Source of the DNA: Clostridiaceae bacterium
Lineage (GTDB): Bacteria; Bacillota; Clostridia; Saccharofermentanales; UBA5734
NCBI GenBank assembly: GCA_012523135.1
Contig: JAAYJD010000106.1
Coordinates: 6,328 to 70,327, forward strand
Length of the DNA stretch: 64,000 nucleotides
Direction of reading: 5' to 3'
The position numbers and the translations under genes were made by a program. The notes beneath the pieces were generated by a model. The model searched no databases. It saw nothing but the letters and a program-made list of their open reading frames with translations, and had not been told where the DNA came from. This document shows positions 9,431 through 19,871 of the stretch, in pieces (the stretch's first letter is position 1; each line of letters opens with the position of its first letter).

Positions 9431-11851
9431 GTGGCAAAAGAGCCTTTTCGCGACACGCGCTGGCAGCAGCAAACCCGGACGCGACCCGTCCGGCCGGCCG
9501 CGGTTCACGCTAAAAGGAAACGGCGCGCGCGCCGCAGGCCGAGCCGCCGTCCCGGCATCGCCATCGTCGGCGTTTTGCTCAGCCTGTTTGCGGCCGTGCT
9601 GCTCTACCAGCTCTACCAGATCCAGATTGTCGCCTATGCGGCCAATGCCGAGAAGGCAGCCGCGCTGCACTACGACAAAGTTGTCGAGGAACCGCGCCGC
9701 GGCACGATTTACGACCGCAACGGCGTCGAACTGGCGGGCACAACCTACGTGCACCGGATCGGCATCACCCCCAAGGATCTCTATTCGATCAAGAAGGACA
9801 TCTCGGCCGACGAGATCGCCGCCGGCATCGCCCAAGCTCTCGAGCTGGATCTCGGGCAGGTGCAGACGGCCATGGCCAAGAAGGATGCGCCCTATCTCCA
9901 GCTGGCCAAGGACGTGCCGCGCGAGCAGGCGGAAAACCTGCGTGCGTTCATCAATGCCAACACGCTTGGCGGCATCCGCATCGATACGGAAGCCAGGCGC
10001 TACTACACCAACGGGAGCCTGGCCAGCCAGGTTCTGGGTTTTTGCCGTTACGACGAGGGCCGTCTGGTGGGCCAGCTGGGCATCGAACTGCAGTTCAACA
10101 GCTTGCTGACCGGCCAGCCCGGCTATACCTATGTCGAGCGTGACAATTACGAGAGCCAGGGCAGCCTGCCATTTTCCGTTCCGACCAGCCTGCGTGCCAA
10201 GGACGGGCAGAACCTGGTCCTGAACCTCGATATCAACATCCAGACCATCCTTCAGGAGGAGCTGGCAGCGGCTGTCAGCCTGTACGAGATCCAGGCAGGC
10301 GGCAGCGCGATCGTCATGGATCCTTATACCGGGGCCGTGCTGGCGCTGGCCTCCTGGCCCTATTTCGACTCCAGCGACCCGACGGCTTGCCCGCCAGGTC
10401 AGGATCCGGAGATCTGGGACGACCAGAATAAGGACGCCATCGAATACTTGTCTGGCCAGGTCTGGCGCAACCGCGTCATTTCGGACACCTATGAACCGGG
10501 TTCGACCATGAAGGCGATTACAACCGCGATGGCGCTCGAGGAAGCGCTGGTTCACGAAAAATCGACGGTCACATGCCGGCCGATCAAGCTGTTCAACTGG
10601 ACGATCAACTGTGTCCGCCACGGCGGGCACGGGGATGAAACCCTTGAGATGGGGTTCTGGCGCTCATGCAATCCCGTTTTCGCCCAGCTTTCCCTGAGCC
10701 TGGGGGTCGAGCGCTTTTACACGTATGTCAGAAGTTTCGGCCTGATGGACAAGACCGGCATCGAATTGCCGGCAGAGGGAAAGGGCATCCTGCACAGCCA
10801 GCCGACCGAACTGGACATGGCGACTTTTTCATACGGCGAATCCTCGACCGTGACGCCCCTGCAGCTGGCGACCGCCTATTGTTCCTTTGCCAACGGCGGC
10901 AAGCTGGTGCGCCCGGCAATCGTCAAGTCGGTCACGGACACAGCCGGCGACCTGGTCAGGGACATCAAGCCGGAAACGGTCCGCCAGGTGATTTCCGAAT
11001 CCACGGCGGCGCGCCTGCGCAGCCTGATGGAAGGCGTGGTCCTGAACGGGACCGGTTCGCCTGCTTATGTCGAGGGCTATGCCGTAGCCGGCAAAACCAG
11101 CACCTCGACCGATGACTTCGGCGACCACACGCTCTCCTTTGCTGCGCTGGCGCCGGCCGACAATCCGGAAATCGTGGTCCTGATCGTCCTGAACAAGCCG
11201 GTCGACAAGGAGCTGACCTCCAAGGTTGCCGCCAAAACCTGCGGCGCAGTGGTGTCACGCACACTGGAGTATATGGGTGTCGAGCGGATCTACCGCGACA
11301 CGGACGTGTCGCGCCTGATGGCCAAGACGGCCGTGCCGGATGTCAGCAGCCTGCCGCTGGGCCAGGCGTTGCGCACGCTGGCGGACAAGGGCCTGCGCGG
11401 CGAAGCCGGCGACGCGGCAATGGGCGAGGCCACCCTGGTCAAGTTTCAGTGGCCGGCAGCCGGAAGCGAGCTGCACAGCCGCGGGCTGGTCGTCCTCTAC
11501 CCGGTTTCGGAACCGGACCGTGAAGATGTCGCGATCCCGGATTTTCGCGGCCGGACGGTCAACGAATGCCAGAGCCTGGCTGCTGAAAGCGGGCTCAACA
11601 TCCTGATCAGCGGCGATTGCCTTGGCCTGGCGGTCAGCCAGGACCCGCTGCCTGCGCTGCCAGCCCGGCTGGCAAGCCCGACACCGGCTCCGACGATCAC
11701 CCCGGCCGAACCGGATGACGACGACGAGCCGGACACGCCTGGATCGGCCGGCGATGTTCCCGCGCCGGTCAAGCTGAAGCACGGTGACTTGGTCGAGGTC
11801 ATTTTTGCCGCGGTGGAAGAAGAGCTTGCCCAAAGCGGCGCGTCGGACTAA
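9431..11851 (+). CDS. Class B penicillin-binding protein (FtsI/PBP2B/SpoVD type) with two C-terminal PASTA domains
   Basis: SxxK 'GSTMK', SxN 'RSCN' and 'AGKTSTS' (KTG-like) motifs. N-terminal TM and dimerisation domain. Two PASTA-like repeats and an acidic low-complexity tail. GTG start directly after the ftsL stop. Confidence 0.9.
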   Translation: MAKEPFRDTRWQQQTRTRPVRPAAVHAKRKRRARRRPSRRPGIAIVGVLLSLFAAVLLYQLYQIQIVAYAANAEKAAALHYDKVVEEPRRGTIYDRNGVELAGTTYVHRIGITPKDLYSIKKDISADEIAAGIAQALELDLGQVQTAMAKKDAPYLQLAKDVPREQAENLRAFINANTLGGIRIDTEARRYYTNGSLASQVLGFCRYDEGRLVGQLGIELQFNSLLTGQPGYTYVERDNYESQGSLPFSVPTSLRAKDGQNLVLNLDINIQTILQEELAAAVSLYEIQAGGSAIVMDPYTGAVLALASWPYFDSSDPTACPPGQDPEIWDDQNKDAIEYLSGQVWRNRVISDTYEPGSTMKAITTAMALEEALVHEKSTVTCRPIKLFNWTINCVRHGGHGDETLEMGFWRSCNPVFAQLSLSLGVERFYTYVRSFGLMDKTGIELPAEGKGILHSQPTELDMATFSYGESSTVTPLQLATAYCSFANGGKLVRPAIVKSVTDTAGDLVRDIKPETVRQVISESTAARLRSLMEGVVLNGTGSPAYVEGYAVAGKTSTSTDDFGDHTLSFAALAPADNPEIVVLIVLNKPVDKELTSKVAAKTCGAVVSRTLEYMGVERIYRDTDVSRLMAKTAVPDVSSLPLGQALRTLADKGLRGEAGDAAMGEATLVKFQWPAAGSELHSRGLVVLYPVSEPDREDVAIPDFRGRTVNECQSLAAESGLNILISGDCLGLAVSQDPLPALPARLASPTPAPTITPAEPDDDDEPDTPGSAGDVPAPVKLKHGDLVEVIFAAVEEELAQSGASD

Positions 11852-11887
11852 AATGGTCTGTCAGAAGGATTCTGCAGGAGGACCGAC

Positions 11888-13375
11888 ATGACCTTGACTG
11901 AATTGATCAACGGACTGGACATCATCGAAACCAGCGGCGATTTGTCCCTGGAGATCGACACGATCGTCTATGATTCGCGCAAAGCGCGCCAGGGCGCGCT
12001 CTTTGTCTGTATCGAGGGCTTTGTTGCCGACGGCCACCAGTATGCCCTGCAGGCGCAGCGGCAGGCCGCGGCAGCTGTTTTGCTGCAAAAGCCGGTTGAG
12101 AACCTGACGGTTCCCTGGGTCCGGGTGGCGGATACGCGCCGGGCGCTGGCGCATGTCTCCGACCGCTTTTTCAACCACCCGTCGGGGCGGATGGAACTGA
12201 TCGGCCTGACCGGGACCAAGGGCAAGACGACGTCGACCTACATGACACGAGCCATCCTGGCCGCTGCCGGGCGACGCGTCGGCCTGATCGGTACCGTCGC
12301 CAACATCATCGGCGACACCGTCACCTATGCCTCGAGAACGACGCCGGAGTCCTATGACCTGCAGGCGCTGCTTGACGACATGGTGCAGCAGGGCATGGAC
12401 AGCTGCGTGATGGAAGTGTCGTCGCAGGGCCTGATGCTTGACCGCGTCCATGGCTGCGCGTACTACACCGGCGCTTTCACCAACTTGTACCACGACCATA
12501 TCGGGCCGCGCGAGCATACCGATATGGACGATTACCTGAACGCCAAGCTTAAGCTGTTCAGCCTTTGCCGCAATGCCGTGCTCAACCGTGACATACCCCA
12601 GTATGCACGCGTGCGCGCGGCCGTTCAGGGACCGTGCCTGACATACGGCTTGTCGCCGGATGCGGATGTGCGGGCGGCCCGATTGGAAAAAGCTGTCCAG
12701 GATCAGCGGGTCGGCACCCGGTTTGACCTGATCAGCCCCTGGTACCAGGGCGAGGTTTTTGTCGGCATGCCGGGCCGGTTCAATGTCACCAACGCCTTGG
12801 CGGCCATCGCCTGCGCCGGACTGTCAGGCGCTTCACTGGATGCGGTCCGCCTCGGCCTGGCGACGGTCGCCGTCCCCGGACGCGTCCAGCCGATCCCGAC
12901 CGGCGGGCCGTTCCAGGTCATCGTCGATTACGCCCATAACGCGGCCAGCCTGGAAAACTTGCTCGAGACGCTGCGCGACTATGTCAGCGGCCGCCTGATC
13001 GTCGTTTTCGGCAACGGCGGCGACCGCGCCCGCTCACGCCGGTTTGAGATGGGCGAGACCGCCGGCCGGCTGGCCGATTTGACGGTGATCACATCCGACA
13101 ACCCGCGCACCGAGGATCCTGACGCGATCATCCGCGACATCATCACCGGCATCGAACCGACCGCGGGCCGCTACGAGGTCGTGCCCGACCGCGCCGATGC
13201 CATCGGCTGGGCGATCCGTGCGGCTGCGCCGGGCGATATGGTGGTCATTGCCGGCAAGGGCCATGAAAACTACCAGATATTCAAGGACCGGACCATCCAT
13301 TTTGACGATGCGGAAGTCGCAGCCGCCTGCCTGGCGGCGCTTGAGGAAGAGGACCATGCTGCAACTGACACGTGA
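11888..13375 (+). CDS. murE: UDP-N-acetylmuramoyl-L-alanyl-D-glutamate--2,6-diaminopimelate ligase
   Basis: 'GLTGTKGKTT' P-loop and the 'DNPR' motif ('ITSDNPRTEDP') typical of meso-DAP-adding MurE. RBS GCAGGAGGA. Confidence 0.9.
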   Translation: MTLTELINGLDIIETSGDLSLEIDTIVYDSRKARQGALFVCIEGFVADGHQYALQAQRQAAAAVLLQKPVENLTVPWVRVADTRRALAHVSDRFFNHPSGRMELIGLTGTKGKTTSTYMTRAILAAAGRRVGLIGTVANIIGDTVTYASRTTPESYDLQALLDDMVQQGMDSCVMEVSSQGLMLDRVHGCAYYTGAFTNLYHDHIGPREHTDMDDYLNAKLKLFSLCRNAVLNRDIPQYARVRAAVQGPCLTYGLSPDADVRAARLEKAVQDQRVGTRFDLISPWYQGEVFVGMPGRFNVTNALAAIACAGLSGASLDAVRLGLATVAVPGRVQPIPTGGPFQVIVDYAHNAASLENLLETLRDYVSGRLIVVFGNGGDRARSRRFEMGETAGRLADLTVITSDNPRTEDPDAIIRDIITGIEPTAGRYEVVPDRADAIGWAIRAAAPGDMVVIAGKGHENYQIFKDRTIHFDDAEVAAACLAALEEEDHAATDT

Positions 13376-14840
13376 ACAGGTCGTGATGTGGACCGGGGCC
13401 CGGCTCATCCGGGAGGGAACAGGTCCAGCCGCCGAACCCATACCGGGCGTCAGCAGCGACAGCCGCTCCCTTAAGGCAGGGGAACTGTTCATCGCCCTGC
13501 ATGGCGACCGTTTTGACGGACATGCTTTTCTGCGTCAGGCGGCCGAGCGGGGGGCCGGTGCCCTGTTGATCGACGATCCGCAGTCGCTTGCCGACTGCCC
13601 GGACCTGGCTTTGCCCGTTTTGCAGGTGCCGGATACGCTCAAAGCCCTGCAGGACCTGGCCGCCGGCTACCGGCAGACCCTGCCCGGCCAGGTCGTGGCG
13701 ATTACCGGTTCGGTCGGCAAAACATCGACCCGCCAGATGGTTGCCGCCTGCCTTAAGCCTGCGCTGCGGGTCCACCAGACCGCGGCCAACCGCAACAACG
13801 AAATCGGGCTGCCGGAGACCATGCTGGACGCGGACCGGCAGGATCAGGCGATTGTCGTGGAACTGGGCATGCGGGGGCCTGGCGAGATCAGCTTGCTAAG
13901 CCGAATTGCCCGGCCGGATATCGCCCTGATCACCTGCATCGGCTGGTCGCATATCGGGCGCCTCGGCAGCCGCGAAGCGATTCTGGCCGCCAAATGGGAG
14001 ATTGTTGAAGGGCTGGGGCCCGGCGGGCTGCTGATTCTGAACGCCGATGATCCGCTGCTGCTTCAGGCGGCGGACCAGCTGAGCGGCGACATCCGGCTGG
14101 CTTTGGTCACATCGACACCCAAAGGGCGGCAGGCCGCGCACGCGCTGAACCGCCCGCTGGCGTTTCTCTTGTCTGCCGGACCGGCTGACGCAAGCGCGGA
14201 GCAGACCCGGTTTACCGCGTGCTGCTCTGTCAGCGGTCAGGCGGACGAAACGGTGGCGGTCATGCTGCCGTTTCCCGGCCAGCATCATGTCCGCAACGCC
14301 TTGTTTGGCCTGGCAGCCGCCCGGGCGCTTCACGTCAGCCTGGCCGCGGCAGCAGCGGGGGCCGCCGGCTGTCCGGCCGATGGCAACCGCCAGAAGCTGG
14401 TCCGGACGCATGACATCACGATCATGGACGATGCCTACAACGCCGCGCCCGAGTCGATGGAAGCCGCCCTCGAGGCCCTGGCCGTTCTGGCCGGTCACGG
14501 CGGACGCAAGGTGGCCGCGCTCGGCTGCATGCTTGAACTGGGCCCGTTCGCGCCGGAGGCGCACCGCCAGGTTGGCGAACGGGTGGCCGAGCTGGGCTTT
14601 GGTCTGCTGCTGGCCTACGGTCCGGAGGCTGACGACCTGCTGATCGGCGCCCGCACGGTCAATCCGGAAATCCCATCCTGCAGCTGCCAGGATCACGAGG
14701 AGATGGCCGGCCGGCTGTCCGCCAGCCTGCAGCCGGGCGATTTTCTCCTGATCAAGGGCTCGCGCGGCTACGCCATGGAAAAAGTTACGGCCCTGCTGCT
14801 CGAGCAGCTCGGCTCAGGCCGGAAAGAGGAACAACGATGA
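13356..14840 (+). CDS. murF: UDP-N-acetylmuramoyl-tripeptide--D-alanyl-D-alanine ligase
   Basis: 'ITGSVGKTSTR' P-loop, 'NNEIGLP' and 'DDAYNAAPESM' motifs. ATG 13356 follows GAGGAAGAGGA. Track start 13197 lies inside murE and was rejected. Confidence 0.85.
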   Translation: MLQLTREQVVMWTGARLIREGTGPAAEPIPGVSSDSRSLKAGELFIALHGDRFDGHAFLRQAAERGAGALLIDDPQSLADCPDLALPVLQVPDTLKALQDLAAGYRQTLPGQVVAITGSVGKTSTRQMVAACLKPALRVHQTAANRNNEIGLPETMLDADRQDQAIVVELGMRGPGEISLLSRIARPDIALITCIGWSHIGRLGSREAILAAKWEIVEGLGPGGLLILNADDPLLLQAADQLSGDIRLALVTSTPKGRQAAHALNRPLAFLLSAGPADASAEQTRFTACCSVSGQADETVAVMLPFPGQHHVRNALFGLAAARALHVSLAAAAAGAAGCPADGNRQKLVRTHDITIMDDAYNAAPESMEAALEALAVLAGHGGRKVAALGCMLELGPFAPEAHRQVGERVAELGFGLLLAYGPEADDLLIGARTVNPEIPSCSCQDHEEMAGRLSASLQPGDFLLIKGSRGYAMEKVTALLLEQLGSGRKEEQR

Positions 14841-15844
14841 CAACCCCGTCTGTCTGGCTCCCGATGCTCATCTGTGCCCTGGCGATCTGGGGACTGACCG
14901 TGCTGGCCGGATTTTTCGGCCTGCCGCTGCTGCGCCGGCTGAAGGTCGGCCAGACCGTGCGCGACGACGGGCCGCAAAGCCACCTCAGCAAGAGCGGCAC
15001 ACCGACCTTCGGCGGCCTGTTTTTTCTCGTCCCGCTGGCTCTGCTGGCCGCAGCGGCGTTTGTGCTGGACGTCATCCCGGACCAGGCCGGCCTGCTGATT
15101 CTCCTGATGCTGCTGTTCGGCGCGGTCGGGTTTATCGACGACTACATCAAAGTGCGCATCAGCAAAAAAGGCTTGTCTGTTCGTCAGAAAACGGTGCTGC
15201 TACTGATCATCAGCGCGGCCTTCAGCGTATACTACCTCTACCTGGCACCCGATCCGGCCGTCTTTCTGCTGCCTTTCTCCGGTAAAGCCCTGCCGATCAC
15301 CGGCTGGCTGCGTCTGCCGTACCTGGTTTTTGTCATCCTGGTCCTTTTTTTCACGAGCAATTCGGTCAACCTGACCGACGGGGTCGACGGCCTGGCCTCG
15401 TCAGTGACGGTGGTCGGAGGCATCGGGTTTTTCCTGGCGGCCTTTCTGATCCAGCCCGTGACCCAGTCGGTCCAGGCCGGAGCCCTGACCGCCCTGGCGA
15501 TGACCGGTGCCTGCCTCGCTTTCCTGGTCTTTAACCGCCATCCGGCCCGCGTGTTCATGGGCGACACCGGCTCACAGGCCCTGGGCGCCGGCGTTGCGGG
15601 TGTCGCGCTGCTCTACGGCGCACCCTGGCTGATCCTGTTCATCGGGGTGGTCTACATGGTCGAGTCGCTGTCTGTGATCATCCAGGTCATCTATTTTCGC
15701 AAGACCGGCGGCAAACGGATTTTCCGCATGTCGCCAATCCATCACCATTATGAGCTGGGCGGCTGGTCGGAAGTCAAAATCGTCCGCGTTTTTACGCTGG
15801 CGGCATCAGCCGGCACGCTCATCGGCCTGTTGCTGCTGCTATGA
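14837..15844 (+). CDS. mraY: Phospho-N-acetylmuramoyl-pentapeptide transferase
   Basis: 'NSVNLTDGVDGLA', 'GDTGSQALG' and 'PIHHHYEL' motifs. ATGA overlap with murF. Confidence 0.9.
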   Translation: MTTPSVWLPMLICALAIWGLTVLAGFFGLPLLRRLKVGQTVRDDGPQSHLSKSGTPTFGGLFFLVPLALLAAAAFVLDVIPDQAGLLILLMLLFGAVGFIDDYIKVRISKKGLSVRQKTVLLLIISAAFSVYYLYLAPDPAVFLLPFSGKALPITGWLRLPYLVFVILVLFFTSNSVNLTDGVDGLASSVTVVGGIGFFLAAFLIQPVTQSVQAGALTALAMTGACLAFLVFNRHPARVFMGDTGSQALGAGVAGVALLYGAPWLILFIGVVYMVESLSVIIQVIYFRKTGGKRIFRMSPIHHHYELGGWSEVKIVRVFTLAASAGTLIGLLLLL

Positions 15845-15884
15845 GCTGGCCCAGCCGCAGCCAGTCGGGAAGGAGGGTTGACGC

Positions 15885-17297
15885 ATGAAAAAAGAACCGT
15901 TCCTGCGCGGGCAGGATAGCCGCAACCGGGATGTGGTGCGCGTCAAGCCGGATCGCCTGGCCTTGCCGCCGGTTCGCCACGCCCATGCCGGCCTGCTGGT
16001 CATTACCCTGATCATGGTCTGCTTCGGCCTGGTCATGCTTTTCAGCGCCAGCATGACCGATGCCTATTCGAGCGAGGGCAACGCGCTGTTTTACGTTCTC
16101 AAGCAGGGCAGCATCACGACCATGGGCCTGATCCTGGCGCTCTTTATCGCCATGATCCTGCCGGTCGGCCTGTTCGACCACTTCTGGATGACGGTTGCGC
16201 TTTACGCGCTGACCAGCGCCCTGCTGGCCTATGTCCGCTTTTTCGGTCTCGTGATCAACAGCGCCCGGCGCTGGGTCGTGATCGGCGGCATCCAGTTCCA
16301 GCCCTCTGAACTGGCCAAAATCGCCCTGGTCTTCTGCTTCGCCGGCTACTGTTCGATGGTCCGGCGCCAACGCAAAGCCGGTAAACTGCGCTTCAAAACG
16401 CCCTTGCGCCAGTTTTTGGCCGATGGCTGGATCGATATCCTGCTGCCCGGCATGTTGCTGGCGGTGTGGATCCTGGTCATCGCCTTCCAGCCGCACTTGT
16501 CCTTTGCGGTCATCATGAGCTTTATCCTGGTTGTCTTGTTCTTGACAGCCGGCATCCGGCTGCGCTCCTGGCTGAGCGCGTTCAGCCAGCTGCTGGTACT
16601 GGTCCTGATTGTCGTGATCGCGGGCAGCCTGGTGCTGGGCGTCCTGCCGGCCGGCGAGCTGAAAACCAGTCTGAACGAGACGATCGAAAGCAATTTCGCC
16701 CACGTCGCGAAACGTCTGGACACCTTCATTAACCCCGAGTCCGCCTCATCCGACGACCGGCACCAGATTCGGCAGTCCCTGATCGCAATCGGCTCGGGCG
16801 GCCTGACCGGTGTCGGCCTGGGCCGGGGACGCCAGAAGTACAATTATTTGCCAGAGGCCCACAACGACTTTGTCTTCGCGATCATCGGCGAGGAACTCGG
16901 TTTCATGGGCGCCGCCGCGATCGTCATCCTGTTTCTGCTCTTCATGCTGATGGGCATCAGCATCACGCGCAACGCCGCCAACACGTTTTGCGCCTTGCTG
17001 GCCGGCGGCTACACCATGCTGATCAGCATCCAGGCGTTCCTAAACATCGGCGTTGCCACAGAAACACTGCCGACAACTGGCATTTCCTTGCCCTTCTTCA
17101 GCTATGGCGGGACCTCGAACCTGTTCTTCCTGGTGGCGATCGGGTTCATATTAGCCGTATCGCGCACCGGGCAGCGGCTGTCCGGTGTCGCTTCGCCAGA
17201 GCAGGCGACGCGGCCGGTCCAGAGCGACGAGGACGCGCAGCGCCATTCTTACCTGCGTTCGCTGGCACAAGAAAACCAGATGGCAGGTGATTCATGA
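15885..17297 (+). CDS. ftsW: SEDS-family cell-division protein FtsW/SpoVE
   Basis: 'FQPSELAKI', 'EAHNDFVFAIIGEELGF' and 'LPFFSYGGTS' motifs. Sits between mraY and murG. RBS GGAAGGAGGG. Confidence 0.85.
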   Translation: MKKEPFLRGQDSRNRDVVRVKPDRLALPPVRHAHAGLLVITLIMVCFGLVMLFSASMTDAYSSEGNALFYVLKQGSITTMGLILALFIAMILPVGLFDHFWMTVALYALTSALLAYVRFFGLVINSARRWVVIGGIQFQPSELAKIALVFCFAGYCSMVRRQRKAGKLRFKTPLRQFLADGWIDILLPGMLLAVWILVIAFQPHLSFAVIMSFILVVLFLTAGIRLRSWLSAFSQLLVLVLIVVIAGSLVLGVLPAGELKTSLNETIESNFAHVAKRLDTFINPESASSDDRHQIRQSLIAIGSGGLTGVGLGRGRQKYNYLPEAHNDFVFAIIGEELGFMGAAAIVILFLLFMLMGISITRNAANTFCALLAGGYTMLISIQAFLNIGVATETLPTTGISLPFFSYGGTSNLFFLVAIGFILAVSRTGQRLSGVASPEQATRPVQSDEDAQRHSYLRSLAQENQMAGDS

Positions 17298-18415
17298 TGG
17301 CTGGCTACCGCTACATCCTTTCCGGCGGCGGCACCAGCGGCCATGTCAATCCGGCCCTGGCGATAGCCGAAGCTATTCGCCAGGCTGATCCTGAGGCGAA
17401 TATCTGCTTTTACGGCACCCAGCGGGGAATCGAGGCCGACCTGGTCACGCGGGCCGGCTATGCTTTCCGGGCGATCGAAGCCCGGCCGCTGCCCGGGCGC
17501 CCGTCGCCGGCCATGCTTCAGGCGGTCTGGTCTTTCTGGAAAGGCCGCCGCCAATGCCGCCAGCTGATGCGCCAGTTCCGGCCGCACATCGTGATCGGCA
17601 CGGGAGGGTATGTCTGCAGCCCGGTTGTTTCGGCTGCCGCGTCGTTGGACATACCGGTCCTGCTGCACGAACAGAATGCTTTCCCCGGCCGCTCGAACCG
17701 CCTGATGGCAAGGCTAAGCCAGCTGGTTTGCGTCGCGTTCCCCGGTACGGAACGTCACTTCACCCGCCGGGTTCCGGTCGTTGTGACCGGCAACCCGGTC
17801 CGGCCTGTGTTTTTCAGCCAGGATCAGCAGGCGGTTCGCCAGCGCCTGCATCCGGCAGGGGAGAGGCCCCTGGTTCTGGCCATGGGCGGCAGCCTGGGCG
17901 CGCGTACGATCAACCAGGCTGTTCTCGGTCTGGCCGACTGGATCCACGATCTGGAACAGCAGGGACGCCCGATCCCGCGGATTGTCCTGGCTGCCGGCCA
18001 GCGCCAGTATGCCTCAATTGCCGGCGATGCGGCCGCGGAAGGCCGCTGGCTCGAGGTGCACGACTACATTCACAACATCCAGGAGTGGATGGCCGCCGCT
18101 GACCTGCTGATCTGCCGGGCCGGTGCGCTGACCTGTTCGGAAATAGCCGCGCTGGGCCGTCCCGCTATCCTCGTGCCGTATCCCTATGCGGCCGGGGATC
18201 ACCAGACCTTCAACGCGCGGGTGCTCGCCGACGCGGGTGCCGCCCTGCTCTGCCCTGACGCGCAGCTGACAGGGACCTGGCTCGCGGCACAGCTGGAACA
18301 GCTCCTGGGCCGTTCTGAACAGCTGGCGTCGATGGGCCGTCAGGCGGCGAGCCTGGCCAGGCCAGACGCGGCCACGGTGATCTGCCAGCACGTCATGCGC
18401 CTGATCAAGCCGTGA
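17294..18415 (+). CDS. murG: UDP-N-acetylglucosamine--N-acetylmuramyl-(pentapeptide) pyrophosphoryl-undecaprenol GlcNAc transferase
   Basis: 'SGGGTSGHVNPALAIAE' N-terminal G-loop; GT28 architecture. Confidence 0.9.
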   Translation: MMAGYRYILSGGGTSGHVNPALAIAEAIRQADPEANICFYGTQRGIEADLVTRAGYAFRAIEARPLPGRPSPAMLQAVWSFWKGRRQCRQLMRQFRPHIVIGTGGYVCSPVVSAAASLDIPVLLHEQNAFPGRSNRLMARLSQLVCVAFPGTERHFTRRVPVVVTGNPVRPVFFSQDQQAVRQRLHPAGERPLVLAMGGSLGARTINQAVLGLADWIHDLEQQGRPIPRIVLAAGQRQYASIAGDAAAEGRWLEVHDYIHNIQEWMAAADLLICRAGALTCSEIAALGRPAILVPYPYAAGDHQTFNARVLADAGAALLCPDAQLTGTWLAAQLEQLLGRSEQLASMGRQAASLARPDAATVICQHVMRLIKP

Positions 18416-19245
18416 AAGGAAATGCCCGTCATGATCGTCCGGTGCGGACGCCGCACCGTTCCCGGGTCCGCCTGCTGGGCTATCTGACGGCGTTGCTGCT
18501 CCTTGCCCTGTCTGTGTGGCAGCTGCCGGTGTTCCGTTTGCAGACCCTGGTCTGCCAGACGGAACTGCGCAGTCTGCGGGCTGCTGACATCGAGGCGGCC
18601 AGCGGCTTCGTGCCCGGCCAGCACTTGTTTGCCGGACTGGGCGGCTCCTGGAGCCACTGGCTCGGTTTGCGCTACCGGGCCGCAGAAGAGCGGATCGCCG
18701 CCGCTTTTCCGGCTGTTAAGTCGGTGCGGATTTCACTTGATCTGCCCGGCCGGGTGGTGTGTCGGATCGAGGAACGCATCGAGGTGGCCTGGCTGGCTAT
18801 TCCGGATGGCTGTGTTATGATCGACAAGGACGGCGTGGTCATGAGCATTCGGGCTGAACGGCCGGGAAGAATTCCGCTGATCGAAGGTCTGACCGTCCGT
18901 TCGATGACCCTTGGCCAGGCCCTGGAGGTTGATGTGAACGATGCCCTGCATCGCGCGGTCGGCCTTCTCGGTGCTATAATTGAAGCGGACCGCGATGCGC
19001 GGCCCCAGGTCCGTCTGCTCGGGCAAGTCAGCCAGATACGTCCGGTCAGCGGCCGCCAGCTCTACATGACGGTGGTTATTCCGGATACCGGCGAGGTCAT
19101 AACGGTTCGCGCGGAGATCGGTCCTGAACTGACCGATCACATGCTCTGGCTTCGCTTCGCCATCGATCAGGATGCGCTGAACGGCCGTGGCAAGGGCATC
19201 CTGGATCTGACTGGCGGCAACCGGACTTTCATTCCGGATGACTGA
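18412..19245 (+). CDS. ftsQ: FtsQ/DivIB-type cell-division protein (TM plus POTRA)
   Basis: N-terminal basic segment plus TM ('LLGYLTALLLLALSVW'), then a POTRA-like segment. Position is after murG. GTG start overlaps the murG stop. Confidence 0.7.
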   Translation: MKGNARHDRPVRTPHRSRVRLLGYLTALLLLALSVWQLPVFRLQTLVCQTELRSLRAADIEAASGFVPGQHLFAGLGGSWSHWLGLRYRAAEERIAAAFPAVKSVRISLDLPGRVVCRIEERIEVAWLAIPDGCVMIDKDGVVMSIRAERPGRIPLIEGLTVRSMTLGQALEVDVNDALHRAVGLLGAIIEADRDARPQVRLLGQVSQIRPVSGRQLYMTVVIPDTGEVITVRAEIGPELTDHMLWLRFAIDQDALNGRGKGILDLTGGNRTFIPDD

Positions 19246-19260
19246 CGAGGAGGTAGGACG

Positions 19261-19641
19261 ATGTTTCCCATTCTTGGTTTGCTGCTTGGCCTGATCATTG
19301 GCCTGATCTGGAACCTGAACATTCCGGACGCCTATTCATCTTATGTGGCGGTCGGGATCCTGGCCGTGCTCGACTCCGTAATCGGCGCCATGACCGCCAA
19401 CCTGCAGAACCGATTCAACACCCGGCTGTTCTTGACGGGATTTGTGGGCAATACGGCCATCGCTGTGGCCCTGGCCGCGCTGGGTGACCAGCTGAATCTG
19501 CAGTTGAGCCTGGCGGCCGTTTTCGCCTTCGGCAACCGGATCTTCATCAATTTCTCGACCATCCGGCGCCTGCTTCTGGAACGTTGGGACAACCGGCGCC
19601 GCCCTGTCCCCGCAGCGACGAAAAAAAATGGACAACCATGA
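19261..19641 (+). CDS. sbp: Small basic protein Sbp (DUF1290 family)
   Basis: 126-aa polytopic small membrane protein, 'MFPILGLLLGLIIGL...VLDSVIGA'. Has a strong RBS (GAGGAGG). Same position relative to ftsQ/ftsZ as sbp in Bacillus. Confidence 0.7.
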   Translation: MFPILGLLLGLIIGLIWNLNIPDAYSSYVAVGILAVLDSVIGAMTANLQNRFNTRLFLTGFVGNTAIAVALAALGDQLNLQLSLAAVFAFGNRIFINFSTIRRLLLERWDNRRRPVPAATKKNGQP

Positions 19642-19668
19642 CGCCGTCTCATAGCCCCGGAACGCCCT

Positions 19669-19742
19669 TTGTCAATATCTTGTAAGGAGAATTTAAAATA
19701 ATACTAAATATTGTTGTGTCGTTTGTCATCTTAGTGTAAAAT
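19669..19742 (+). promoter_or_regulatory. AT-rich promoter region upstream of ftsZ (several overlapping -35/-10 candidates)
   Basis: TTGTCA 19669-19674 pairs with TTTAAA/TAAAAT 19692-19699. TTGTTG 19711-19716 pairs with TGTAAAAT 19735-19742. The local AT-rich island contrasts with GC-rich surroundings, and no single pair has ideal spacing. Confidence 0.3.
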
Positions 19743-19871
19743 TGGAAAAGAATAAGTGCGTCTGTCTGTCGCTGTCGTCGTGTCAAGCCGATGACAGACC
19801 GACAAAAACGAACATGCAGACGGCCAGGACAGCTTAGGCTGAGAGGGGTTGATGGCTTGTCAGATTATAAA

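Noticed and set aside
13197-13355. Longest-ORF starts in the track that extend genes upstream into their neighbours. Examples: murF 13197, recG 26079, coaD 28789, uvrB 31111, ilvE 31111(-), pgsA 41034, oadB 51908(-), korA 53415, korC 55185, GH13 61455, ftsZ 19791, mraZ 7411 and M16 3674.
   Set aside because: In each case an internal ATG/GTG/TTG has a GGAGG-like RBS at 5-10 nt, gives the conserved family N-terminus, and removes large overlaps with the upstream gene.
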